A DNA stretch of 64,000 nucleotides, taken from the NCBI RefSeq assembly GCF_964204645.1, contig NC_134026.1, positions 19,254,150 through 19,318,149 on the forward strand, read 5' to 3'. This document shows, piece by piece, positions 26,433-39,450 of the stretch (positions are counted from its first letter, which is position 1; each line of letters opens with the position of its first letter). The notes under the pieces are model-generated. The model was not told the DNA's origin and made no database searches. It worked only from the letters and a program-made list of their open reading frames with translations. Both the position numbers and the translations under genes were made by a program. The stretch comes from Tubulanus polymorphus. Lineage: Eukaryota; Animalia; Nemertea.

Positions 26433-29400
26433 CAGTCACAGCATAAGCCCGAATGGCCTTCAGCCAAGCGGTTTAAAAGAAGAACTTGATATTTTGTCAT
26501 TTCATAGTTTAAACGAGGATTTTGATTGTTTTGTATGTGTGTTCTATACACCGATGGATTGGAAGGACAAACTTGCAGGTATTACATTAAGATGAAGTTA
26601 AATCCTAAAGTAACATTTTAATAGCAGTTCATAAAACAGGCTACAGGTAGTGATGAAAAGTGCCATTAACGTCAGGAACAACCTCTGTCAAACGACTTAT
26701 TGGCGCGATATTGAAAACTTTCCGCGTTTGTTTTTTCTTGTGGATTAATAAATGTATCCAACTAAACAAAAGTTGAGCGAATGACAATTTCATCAGCGGT
26801 GTCAGTCGTTTATTACGAGAGAGCGTATTAGGCATCGTATATTGAGATGTTTCAGCATATGGCGCTGTAGTCAAAACAAACATACCTAACCAGTTGGATA
26901 CGTATTTTCCTTTAATCTAATGTGAACCAGTATTTTGAATAAAGGCCGTCTTTAAATAATAATTGGCCTATATACACGGCAGGCCTACACCCGGTATAGC
27001 AACACAAAATAGGAAAAAGAAATGTGCAACAACTTTTCATTTTTCTTTACAAACTTGACACATTTTTTGATAAAGTCCTAGACATAGAACATAAGCGAAC
27101 ACTCTTCAAAGTAGATGAACCACGATTATTAACCATATGGCTGAGTTGAATATGAAATATATGAATAGTCCTACCATCCAAAATTAGATTTCATTCCGTT
27201 ATGAAGTAATGATATACACGGGAGGGATAGGGGTTACGAGGCATGACTTCCAGGTTGCGACATACATAAGGCTGTGTGGATGACCCTGCCCATCAGATTC
27301 TGTCTAGGTTCTTGTTGGAATAGAAAAAGACACGGAAACATCCATGGCTTATGTATGGTGCTCAGCTAACTGAGTATATCAGTACCTGTGCATGTTTAGG
27401 ATTTGACCAATCACTCGGATTGACTTGGTGTGGAAATGGTAGTTGAACGAACTAAGCGCCGGGCAGACATGTCAGGCCTTCTTTCAAAAACACATGCATC
27501 CCAAAATTCTCTACCCAAAGTCCAAAATCAATGAAAGCCCATTAGTGTGCTGCACAAAAAGCCTTTACAGCTCAGTTCAGGTCATCAATTCATTCATTTG
27601 TTCGTGAGATTTTTTTTCGTGAAAATCACGATGGAATCATTTTTACACATTCTTATGTGGGCAGCTGTAAAGGAAAGTCAAAGATGATTGTCACAACGGT
27701 CTCTTAGGGTTATGGAGGTTGGTCATCGTTTTTGCGAAAAACTCATCAAATAGTACTAATGGAAACGCTTGTGTAACCATAGTTACTCCAGTATGGCTAT
27801 CCATTATCATCTTGTAAATAGAGGTGCAATGAAAGTGTAATAAGAGTGATGATAGTGATAGGCTTCATCAATACGCCATGTCTATTCTTCCTCGAGACAC
27901 ACACCGCCATTATCACTTGTAGTCTATTAATGTATTTCGATTAGAAATTCATCCCTATAGCTTATAGATACGAGCAAACAAAAGATACAAGATCCTACAA
28001 ACTGAATCCCGAATCAATCGTAGTAGTAGTTTCTTTTCAACAAAAACAATTTAAAAGCGTTCATCTAAGAATTTTAGATGAAGTAAGTAAAACATTCATT
28101 AAAGAGGTTATTTTTACTAAGCTACAGCCACCCGGTAGAGCACCCAGTTCCACAGTTCTGAGTACAAATTTGGATGGAATGGAAATGTGCAAAAAAATCT
28201 AAACCTGAACTACGTAACAATATTTGCATAAATGATTATAAAACAACTATAGTCAGTATTCATTCCATATTTCACAGGAATATTCATCGATAGGACACAA
28301 ATGAATATTGATAGTAGGACACAAAATCAATAGATATCCTTGATTCGAAAAGTTGGTTTTCAGCAGGAAATCGATGCTAGATTTCTAATCTAGGCTACCT
28401 GGCATCGTAATTCTCTTGAATTTAATTTGAATGATGAATTAATTGAAATGAACTGAAAAGATTAATTAATTGCCAGATTTTCTTATGACGGGCTAAAATT
28501 CGAGACGAAATTTAACTGAATTGACTGAGGTATGTCCAAACTGAGTACACGTCCAACTGCTAAACCACTGCAAGGTCTTCCAGGGCAAGATCCGAGGGTC
28601 TAACCAGATATCTTTACGGCAAAAACTGATAAGAAAAAGGCATTTTGTTAGGACCCTTTCGACTTTTCTCCTGAATTTCATGTAAAATTGTTCTTTTCGA
28701 AAGTGCCTTTATATGATTAGTACGCCAGATTTTTAGTATCTTTAAGAAAAGACCCCCTCTCCCAAATCTGCCTCAATTTTTCTGACGTGATAAGAATTGC
28801 ATCTGTCATCACTTAAGTGTCAACACTAGCTTTCAGGCTTTTGTAGGTATTCACCGTTCACACACCACGCCTAGTCTTTGGTGTAAGCGCGGTAGGAAGA
28901 CTAATTAACGATGATTACAGTACGTAAGCAACTGTCAGTAAAATTAGACTAACAATGCGCTCGGAGAATGCGCGATTAAAATTTGAATACATTCCCATCT
29001 TTTCACACGCAAAATAACGCGGCCCCGCTCGATCATAATAATCAATCACCGAAATCATAACGTTCATCAGCGTGTAATCTATCAGCGACCGCGACAAAAT
29101 TGAAAGCCTACGATTATAATCAAATTACAACGATTCATCAAATGATTCGTATCAGTATTTCATCTCAAAAATATCCAGTCATTGTTGCTCAATATATAGC
29201 CATAATCATGCTAAAATAAAATGATTGTGGCTCTTGTTTCTCCCAATCGGCCAGGTCACTTCTGTAAACTGCAATAAAATTTGTAATCAGTTCATTTATA
29301 GCTGCCGAGTCTGTTATGGCTAGCTTAATCATGATTTAAAAAAAGTAATTCATAGGGTAGATAGGCGACCGGCCCGGTCACCTCTGAAGCTCAGTAGAAA

Positions 29401-29495
29401 TGAGAAATAAAGCACAAATATCTTATCAAGCCCATCTAGAAATGAATTTACTCAATGGTACCATGTTTTACGTAGGTTCTTCAAAATACCCTGTA

Positions 29496-29874
29496 TGTGG
29501 TAGGACGGTTCCGCCCGGATCTGAATAGTCATTCTCTGTGTGTCTGTTTATCTGCAGTAGGGTTGGTGCTGCCTGGTGGCGCCATCTGTTTGTGTGTTGC
29601 TGTGTTCATTCCCCTTCCGGGTCGAATGAGGTAGCATTTAATGTAAATATATTCTGCAAATTTGTCGAATTTACGCGTTCGTTTTTGTCTTACTGCAGGT
29701 TGTTTGGAGCGGACCTTTGAACCGACCTTAGTCTTCGCGGATTGTGCGTCGGAATCGGATTTGCCAGATCGAAGTGCGGCTCCTTCGAAAGGGAGCTAGT
29801 TTACCCCTCTACGTCTATGTTCCGTGTTAATAAGAGGAATAGTTCTTCCCCTCTGCAGAATTAGAGTTATGACA
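29496..29874. mobile_element. Solo LTR (Gypsy-like)
   Basis: 379 bp, beginning TGT and ending ACA, flanked by the identical 4-bp TGTA. It is more GC-rich than its surroundings and has no adjacent internal domain. Confidence 0.6.
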
Positions 29875-31833
29875 TGTATAATGTGAATATGACGCAAGCC
29901 ATGTTTCCGGAACAACTAGGCAGCAAAGGAGGAGTTAGGCAACCTTAAATCTATTTTTGCTGCTAATGGCTACGGGGAATATATCGAATGAGATGGCTGA
30001 GAAACCATTTCCTTTTTCATGTGAACAACCGAGAATCCTAAACAAGATCAGCTATTATTAGCCACATCAAGAAAAGCCTATTTATTTATAAACATGTCGC
30101 AGAGTTTTTCAATGATATCTTGCGGCTATGAAAAATGTGCACAAATATGCTACGCCAAACTGAAATAGGGATGTCGCATATTTGCAACTGCAAACTGGAG
30201 TAGAGAGGGTTACATTAGCCTCAAATAAGTTGGTCCTGTTGGGCCTAATCAGGATCAATTGGAACCAATGAAATTCATCCAAATTTATACGAAATACAAA
30301 CATACAGGCCTAGGCTATTATTTCACATGGCCAAAATCTAAATTATGACGGTGGATCACAAATAACGTCCAAATTAAGCAGGGTCTCTAATAGGCTAAAG
30401 AAAAGACCTTCAAAATTCATATTTCGCCAACCTTTACACGACTAGAAGATAGGATAACATCAAGCAGGGGTGGATCTAGCTTTTGGGAAAAGGGGAGTCG
30501 CACATGGAATATTGGGTCACTACTGACATGCATTTGAGGCCCGTAATGACAACGCAGCCATCATCAGACTAAAATGGAGATAGTGTGTCCTCCCAAAGAA
30601 ACTTTTGAAAAATCAGAGACGCCTAGGTACATTCTGAGCACTTTTCTGGTTGAAATATGGAATGAAATATGCTCACAATTTCACCATTTTCTAAATAAAT
30701 CTTGGGGAGATAATTCCAAGGTTACTTGGTCGAAAAAAGGGGTCCCGCGATTCCTACACACCCCCTGACACATTTTTACTATTGCGGCACACAAGTCGTA
30801 ATAGTCTGAATTAGCCAATTAGATTCATAATCAGGCTAGATTACAACATCACCCTCTCTATCATCACTACCAGTATCCATCAGTTACCGACCCTACTTAG
30901 TTATAGGCTTTGGCACTATTCAACCTAAACTGACTAGGTTTACCTTTGTGATGGTACTGCACACAGTAATCTGAATGGTTGTCACTGGAAATATCCAATC
31001 ATGAAAGTAAACAGTTCAGCTATAAGGGCTATCATTAGGCTAGTACGATAAGCCCCTCTATGTCTAAGCTTAAAAGATCGAGCGTAGCCTACAAAAGCTT
31101 TTGTTCTTAACGATAGAGTATGTTACATAAATACATAATAATCATTCTTAAGAAATTTTAGCTGTAATGAGTGATGGATTACTGAAATATAGGTGATTGG
31201 AAAGTGTCAATTTGAAGGAATTCTCACATCGCATAGTTAGTCTGACACACATGTAGATGGCGCTGATGATGACACAATAGGGGCTTCATGCTGAATTCAA
31301 GCCAGTGCAAATTTCTAGTTTCATGTTGATATACATGGTATTTAAAGTTTTAGTTAACCCTGTTTATTTTATATTACCGGCTTAAATGCGTAGTACATTC
31401 ATCAGCATGTGGTTTATGTCTCTTAGAGGCGTGGGAAACACTACTGATCATCTTAGTAGTCGTGTTTACCTTGCCGGTTACCGCGCTGTACTGCGCCGAT
31501 TGGAGGTAAAAAAATTGTGTCTTATCTAGATTATATCTAAATGATTAACAGTTCTGATGAAAATAATGATAATACCAATGTTTAATCGTGAATTCAGATG
31601 ACATCCAACTAGGAAAAAAAACTGATAAAACTTACACTGACAATGCCGAAATGCGTGCACCGCACATTCACTGTAGCCCGCATTACATCACAGGCATAGC
31701 AAGTAGTCAGTGAGTGTTCAAAAAATTAGTGCACCTGTTATTCATTTTTCAAACTCATAGTAGGCCTACCCACTATCTGTTTTTGGTCTTTAGACCTCTT
31801 CTGGCAATGTTTAAATGCAACTGGTTATTCTGT

Positions 31834-32094
31834 CTAATGTCTATTTATTAATGGATGAGAATGTAAAAATTCAAGAAATTTCACAAAATGGAGGATTTTC
31901 TCTCTCATTCAACTGGACTTAAGGAGTCTTTTTGCCAATCCATCTAATTGGTACAGAACTGGAAATATATCGGATATTCAGTTGTTGTCCGCGACTTTTG
32001 GCATTCTGTTAAGACATAAATGAGGTATGTATCCCAAAAAGTAAGCAAAATATCCCAGAAAAACAGGTCTCATCCATTAATAAATAGACATTAG
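31834..32094. mobile_element. MITE with perfect 27-bp TIRs
   Basis: CTAATGTCTATTTATTAATGGATGAGA ... TCTCATCCATTAATAAATAGACATTAG. Confidence 0.75.
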
Positions 32095-33214
32095 GCCTAT
32101 TATTGCGTTAAGGACAAGGTCACTTGTGTGGCGCTAATCTTATCAAAAGAATACTGTTATGGTTCGGTTAGGTACATAAACCATTTAGGGACACGTAAAA
32201 ACTGCAGTTGCGTCGGAAAAATTCTGCTAGCACTAACCTGTCAAATTTTTAATTTTTTGTTTCGTTTCGTGGTGGTGCCTTTTTTTCGGCTTTTTGTCCC
32301 TGCTACGATCCTGTTTGTTAATAGCCAGGCCTAAGTCATTAAACGTGCATAATAAGGCCGTGTGGTATTATTCATCAATCCATTTTTGATACGGAATATA
32401 ACTTAGTTTCACTAATTGATTTAACAACGTCAACGACCACAACAACAACGTCAACGACAACGTCGCCAATCAAGTCAACCCCGCCGATCTTTTCTTAAAC
32501 CTTTTCTTGCTAATTCTAGAAATGTCACGTGCTAATATCCTGCTCACGAAGATATCCTTCGCCAGAATCGACCAAAATTAGTCCATAAGATGATGCTTGT
32601 GACTACACACGCGAAATATCGGTAAAGTTTCCAGCAGTCATCGATGAATCGTACGCGCGGTTAGCCTGTAGTAAGCAGGAGGCCGCCATATTTAAACAAC
32701 GAGCACTTGTCCATCCGTTGCCAGGGAGGTTCAGCCAATTTAGGTTCGAATCCTCTAAATGATACCTCGAAACTGCAGCTATATCAGATATTGAATATAC
32801 TTCTCTTTTTCAATGCTTGTGTAAGATCACTCATGATAAGTAGGAATTATAAGTGCAGAATCTAAATTTAGACAAACTAAGTTTAATTGAATCTTAGTGA
32901 AGGTTCCTTTGGTTAAAAACGACCGTAAGATACCACCCGCGAATGCGCGAATTGCGGAACAGGCCTCTGTCGTGTGAGACTACGGACGGCCTATATGCAA
33001 AATCAATGATCTATCATCATCCATTTATGAAAATAAATATATCTTCATTGTTTGTCAGGACCCGAACCGAATATATACCTTTGGGTATTCCAAAACCATG
33101 GTCACGGAGGGTCCCTGTGTCTGTGACTTGAATATGTTAGTTTTTAGTACCTAGCCGTGGTACGGAACCGTAACAACGACTGGTATTCAGACTATGAATA
33201 TGTATGTAGGCTTA

Positions 33215-33948
33215 AGGCGCGTTCACACGACGAAATTTAGACCGGTCTAACTTTGGTCCGGTCCAATTTAGACCGGACCAAGTGTTCACACGGGCAAAAA
33301 TACCGTTCCAAATTAGACCGGTCTAGTTTAGACCGGTCTAATTTGGCACGGTCGTAAAGAGCGAACCAGGTCCGGACCAAATTTTGGACCGGTCTAAATA
33401 TGCGTGTGTGTGGACAGAAACTGGTACCAGGTCCGGTCTAAATCGTAATTCTGAATCTCTGCGGTAGATGTCGCAACCTCTGCGGTTGAGTGTGAGTCCA
33501 GTTTATTAAGTTTTAAATGCTTTTATTACCGTTTATGTAATCATTTTCAAGTACTCTTTTTCCTCCCTATTCAATGGAAATGTTTGCAGCGTAATTCGTA
33601 TTCGTATATCGCGATCATCATCCGTTTTACTGCCGTGCTTTGAACCGTGTTTAAACGACATTAAGAGTTTCAGCATGATAGAATAAAATCGATTTCGCAA
33701 AAATGGATAAACCTGACAGACGATCGAATTGGTCAAATGAAGAATGTCTTGCTCTTCTTGGAATATGGAAGCAAGACTTCACCCAGGCGCAATTAATCAT
33801 TTAGCAGATGGTGACATCTTGTGGGCCCGGTGACAAGCGATTTTATCACCGCGTGTCAAAACGCCGTGTGAACGCTCACCAAAATTTGGTCCGGTCCAGG
33901 TACGGACCCATTTAGACCGGTCTAACTAGTTGTCGTGTGAACGCGGCT
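33215..33948 (+). mobile_element. Non-autonomous Harbinger element, family B, copy 2
   Basis: TTA|AGGCGCGTTCACAC...GTGTGAACGCGGCT|TTA, with TTAGACCGGTCTAA arrays and a Myb-like micro-ORF at 33703-33804. Confidence 0.9.
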
Positions 33949-35359
33949 TTAATCTTGGAGTAATCATTTGTCAAATGATTACTCCAAGGCTTAATATAGC
34001 AGAAACGGATCCTTTCCCCTCACGCGCGCGAGAAGCGACTGTAGTACATTCATTGTCGACGATTGATCTTGACTTTCAGGGCCGGATTCGACCCTAGAAT
34101 ATTCACCATGGTTGCTCGGACTGGAAACCATTCCTATCCGATGTGAAGATAGAATTTTCGTTAAATGATTTGTAGTCAAATGAATTTTCAATTTAAAACG
34201 ATCAAAGTCCAAATAGTGGAACGGTTCAGTTGCGTGAAAAAATTGAGAAAACATAACTTGCGGTGAAATACCACTCAAAAGGCAAAATGGATTTTCATCT
34301 CAAATGATCATGCATTCACGCCAACTGCAAGCGTGACTTAGTATTCAAGGTCCCTTGGCAATTTCGTGGAATAATATAATCCAGCCAGTGAATTTATGGG
34401 CCAAGGGTAGAATTTTATATTTTCTGATCTGTAAGAACCCTGTTCGTCGGAAACACTCAAACCGGTCGTGCGTTGAGCGTATACGTAACCTCAAACTTCG
34501 TCCGGTAAGTCCACAAAAACGACACTTTTTTGTCAGTCTTCCCGATCTTATATTACCTCGCTTGGCCAGTCCGTGTGAACTTCACTCAACTCAGCCTTAT
34601 CGATGACCATTGAATTACGGAGAAATTCCTTAAGATACAAATTCAAACGGCTGTCTTTTTCAGGGATTGTAAAATATGTTTTCATTAAATCGATCACGCA
34701 GAGGTTTATTTCCAGATAGAAAAAATACACAAATTCCAAAATACACAAATCTCCCCTTTCGCTACTCGTGGAAAGTGCCTCTTCTTTATAATCATTACCC
34801 TTTTCATCGGGTGCTACCCCTCAATATAAGCTCTGGATCCGCCCCTTGACTTGACTAAATACTTCGGGAAATCAGAAAAAAATGCAGAATGGCTTACTTT
34901 CGAATGGGGGTGCTGGGGCCCTCCCACAAAAAAAAATTTTGAAAATTCAATCGCCGGAGATGCGTTTTGGCCGGGGCCAATCGATCTGAATATCCAACTA
35001 TGCCACATTTTGCCTATTTTCATTATCTATCTCGACTATTTACATCTGACTTCCTAATTCGCACTGCGACCCACTTGTCATCGTCAAGAAAATTTACTTT
35101 ATTCATGACTTGAAGTGAACTGATATTAATCTCCAGTGTAGAGTTAACAAATAAAAACCCACAGTAGTACCGGTACTTTATTCATAATTCATTTATTTCA
35201 AGTCTGTATAATCCATCATAGATTACATTGAGATAACATTATACGCATCATGTAATAAGAAAGAAAAGGAAACAGTCGGTGATACCGGTTAATGTCAGTA
35301 ACTTCCCGCTACGTGCGCGAGAAGGCCAATTTTCGCGAATCTAGTTCCCTATCGTATGT

Positions 35360-35665
35360 TGGCTGATTCGGGCCACACCGAGATTTTCGATCTCGAAAAA
35401 TCTAAAAACAAACTTGACAGTGAGCAAACAAATATCAACGCGAGAAAAGAAATTTCTGCGCGAGAAAACAGAAATATATTGTTTTCTCGCCCGAAATATT
35501 TGTTTTCTCGCGTTAATTTTTGTTTTGGCGGTGCGAGAAAATAAACTTCTTTTGGCGACCCCACTAAAACAAATATCAACGCAGGGAAGTGTGATGAGAC
35601 ACTTCCCTGATCAACGCAAGAAAACAAATATTTAGCGCAAGAAAACAAACTATCTTGTTTTCTAT
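35360..35665. repeat. Interspersed repeat with (G)CGAGAAAA motif array, in the probable DYNLT5 3'UTR
   Basis: Shares TGGCTGATTCGGGCCA and cgcgagaaaac / ttttctcgcg motifs with 63845-63937. Confidence 0.6.
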
Positions 35666-35918
35666 CGGGTAGTTATAATTTACAACAGTTCAATATGATT
35701 TGGCGAGTAAGTACATGTATAAAACTATTTCCAACCCGATACTTTTTGACTCTAATTAAATCTTTGATCCAAACTACAAGAAACTCCAACTCCATCTAAT
35801 AAAATCACTTTTCAAGCATCAGAACTCCTGATTCCGTGGAAATGTCTGGAAAAAACCCCATAACAAAGAGCTGCCAAAATAGCGATCTATTTGCATGTAA
35901 CGAGCGACGCGGGGATTT

Positions 35919-38010
35919 TTAGTCCATGTAAATTCCGTAAACTGTTCCGACTGCAAACAAATCTTTGTTTTTAAAGTCACTGGTGGCGCTAGTGTCGACA
36001 CTGGCGTCCCATAAGCACCTACTGCTCAGGAGTAGCCCCTGTTGCTTTTGTTGTCCGATGTTTACTAAACAAATTATCTTGTAACGCGGTATCCGCAGAT
36101 CTTTCACCTTTCCTTTGATCACCTGTAAATATATAAACCAAACAAGTCAACGCAAAATTATGTAGGTCACCGATTTTTCTTGTATTGAAGGAAATTCGAG
36201 ATTTCCCTGATGACGGCCTGGCCATTTCATTATTTCAGCGACTTCAGTCAATTCGATTGACTCGATATATATTTCAACCATGAACCATTTTGAATTCGGT
36301 GCAAGTTCGTACATATTTCAAGGTCATGTAAAATTTTCATTGTCAATCTGGTTTAGTGTGTAGTAAATGCACCTCTGAAATCGTTTTACTCATTAATTTG
36401 CACATTTCCGGCTCGTAAGTTTCGTGGGCTAGATAGTTTTCCAGCGTTTCCTTGATCATCTCGGTTACCGCCTGCTGGGGAAACGATTTGTTTGGTTTCA
36501 GCTGATAGGTGTTCTCTAATCTCACATGCGGGCCGTGCATCCCAATCTCAGACGGCTCGTCCGCGTAGGATATCGTGCTCATAGATCTAAGAAAAATCGA
36601 AAAATATCGATCAATTAAAAACAAAAACTAGGAGTATATAATGCCAATACCGAGAAGTCGGAGCCACCTGACAAAAAATCAATTTAACTCGTCAAATCAC
36701 GGACTCTAAAACGAATCGTTTTTTAGTCCACGGTTAAAATGTAACCATTATTGGTGTGTCCAAGGGTACGGACATCGCCGCCCTATATCGAGGTGAACTT
36801 TTGGAAATTCCAGATGAGCTTTTCCAAAGAAAACACTAATTCACATTTCATATACGCAATTTTTCCAAGCAGAATGTCTAGCTTGGATTTTCAAATATTT
36901 TGTGGAGGGCTTCGTTTATCAGAATATAGAAATATGACCTATACAGAAAAAAATGAGTATGGTTATTTCCCGTGTAATACATTCATACATTTAATGTAAA
37001 CGCTCAGTCCTCAGATAATCACGTTTTTCATGTGTGTGCACGGATGTTACCTGATTTCAACTCGGGCTTATCCTGTATAATGTATACTTTAGGGGAAGAA
37101 TTGGAATTATTCGAACAAAATGTTGCGATAGAAATATCCAATATGGCATGCTACCGGAATTGGAACTCATACAAAATTCATTCGGAGGCGTGATTATTTC
37201 CGCAAATTGTCGCGATTTTCAGATCTGCGCCATAACAACGGTTGGAAGCGTCAATAATTGATGCATCCGATGAACGAATGATAAATATCAACCGACGTAC
37301 ACGGCCGAATGATCGTCTGTCAATACCTGTTTTCCAATAATCAGTTAAGCCTAAAGACGTCAATGAATCATTTAGAATACTCCAATTTGAGCAGGGTGAA
37401 CCTGCTAAGATCAGTATTCCATCTATAGAAACCGGTGGTCAACTTGTTGAGCGATTTAGGGTTCTGAATAGGAAATGTTGAAATGGAAATATTTGGAAGA
37501 AATTCACCGATTTGACCGTCGCGATTTTGTAAACTAGGTTGTGTTTCTCGGGCGCTATTCAAATATATATGATGTTTGAATGAATGTAAAAATCAAACTG
37601 GTCTTAAAATTATAATTTATAAAAATGTTTCATCTCTTCATACCATTCATTTTTCACCTCCGGTTATATGGTATATGTTGTAACGTTGTATGATCTCTTA
37701 TTACACAAAAGCGTTTTTTCGAAGCACATCTTTCAACTATCATCGTGAAGTGTTTTCTTCTGTTAAGGGTTTACCGTTAATACGAAAAAAATCCAAAAGG
37801 CATATAACGCATCAATCCGAAGGATTGGATCATTTATATGACGCTTTGGTGTGATTCTTACCCGCGTTTCGCGAGGGTAGCTCTCCGCTCGCTGCCGGCA
37901 GAAGCCATCGACATCACACTGAATCGCTTCTTCAGAAGACTAGAGGCCCGATCCCGCGCCACGACATCTGAGCTGCTCGGCTCCCTGGACATACGACGCC
38001 GGTCTGACAT
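35919..38010 (-). CDS. DYNLT5: Dynein light chain Tctex-type 5 (Tctex1 domain-containing protein 1), 188 aa
   Basis: Exons 38010-37862 (MSDRRR...SLLKKRFSV...), 36586-36373 (GSMSTISYADEP...LENTYQLKP...YEPEMCKLMSKTISE) and 36122-35919 (VIKGKVKDLRIPRYKIIC...SRCLWD...KNKDLFAVGTVYGIYMD*). Phases 2 and 0 are consistent. The motifs match the TCTEX1D1 subfamily. There is a probable non-coding exon ending at 38115, an acceptor before 38031, and AATAAA candidates near 35176-35197. Confidence 0.9.
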
Positions 38011-39355
38011 TGTTTTTTTTTCTGAGATTTCCTAAAAAAGAATATGTTAATACATCGGTCGAAATAAATCAATTCTTTACGTTATAAATTTCCTAGTCGG
38101 AAAAGATTATTCACCTGAATAGGAATGTGCTTTCAAACGCTTCGACCGATTGCAGTTCTTTTTTTGCAGAACGGGGTCGAGAATGTGCGCCTTTAATACG
38201 AAAAAGTAGGTACAATTTGAAAGACTGATCAAATTATTCAGTCAATTATACGTCATCAATTACTCTTTCTGTCTATTTGTATGCCATGGGAAAAACGTGG
38301 CGAAATCGTCCAGACAGAACGAGATCTAACTACTAGCTGAATGCATATGATTCACAGCATTGCTTAGCTTTACACGTTAATTGAGGAAAAATCTTAGAAT
38401 TTTGACTTAATTTTCCCTCGTATAATACAAAGTTAGCACAAACTTGAAGTAGGCCCTTAGTTAGTTTGACAAACAAGGTTAAACTGTAAAAATTGTACAT
38501 GTATTTCTATTCTTCCTGACCTACCCGCAAGACCTACCTACTTATAAGGAATAACTATGCAGTAGAAAATGAAGAAGGAATTGCCTCTAGGAATTACAGT
38601 TTGAACAAATACCACATTCCTGAGACAGGCGTCCATTTGCATTATATACGATATTTTAGAATTCCTTTTATAGTCTATGTTTAGCCTCATTAATTTGATC
38701 CCGACTAGAAATGGGACCTCTATTTAAAGGCAGGATCTTTTTGTATCGAAAAAATACGAAAATCAATAGCTGATAATTTTCCATTCGTTCACTAAAAATG
38801 ATTGAATTTTTTAGAACCATCGTCAAGAATGTAGTAAAATAGTATATACGTAGCAAAACACGATACAAAATCGGGATATAAAATCAGAAAATAACTATAC
38901 ATCTGCAGCCATTGACAAAAATCGAAAAGATGGCTTTCCGAAAATAAGATACTCACCGATCGATGTAATACACTTTCTCCGGCGGATGTGACACAAAAGA
39001 AAGCGTTTTATCAAGTGTCTCGGTCTCTTCCTAATAACACGCGACGGGCGAGAGATAAATGTATGGATTTCGCCGCCGTTTCCACGGTTGCACACCGCCG
39101 GGCAAAAACAAATATCAAACCGATAACAACGGATAGCGCAAACCCCGACAACACTTTGCAACACGTTACCATATTTACCAAGTCAAGGAGGCTACAACTG
39201 CTCATAATAGGAAATTATTTGTCGTATCAAAATAATCGCGTTTACTTTGTTTAAAGCTGGCTGGCGGGCGCATATCCAACACCACTGAAGTATATATTTG
39301 TAGATTTAAGGGTTCTGACTGTGCTTTTGCATACTGCACTTAAGCGTTTAGCAAC

Positions 39356-39367
39356 GATATATATAAT

Positions 39368-39447
<80 letters not shown>
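39356..39447. repeat. (TA)n microsatellite
   Basis: About 90 bp of nearly pure TA dinucleotide. Confidence 0.97.

Positions 39448-39450
<3 letters not shown>

Noticed and set aside
33230-33445. Repeated TTAGACCGGTCTAA palindromes resembling a CRISPR array
   Set aside because: Irregular spacing, no unique spacers of constant length, eukaryotic context, and located inside Harbinger TIRs. These are subterminal binding motifs.
38895-39254. Overlapping 65-89 aa ORFs between DYNLT5 and ULK4
   Set aside because: No recognisable homology or exon structure. Probably a CpG-richer regulatory or repeat segment.
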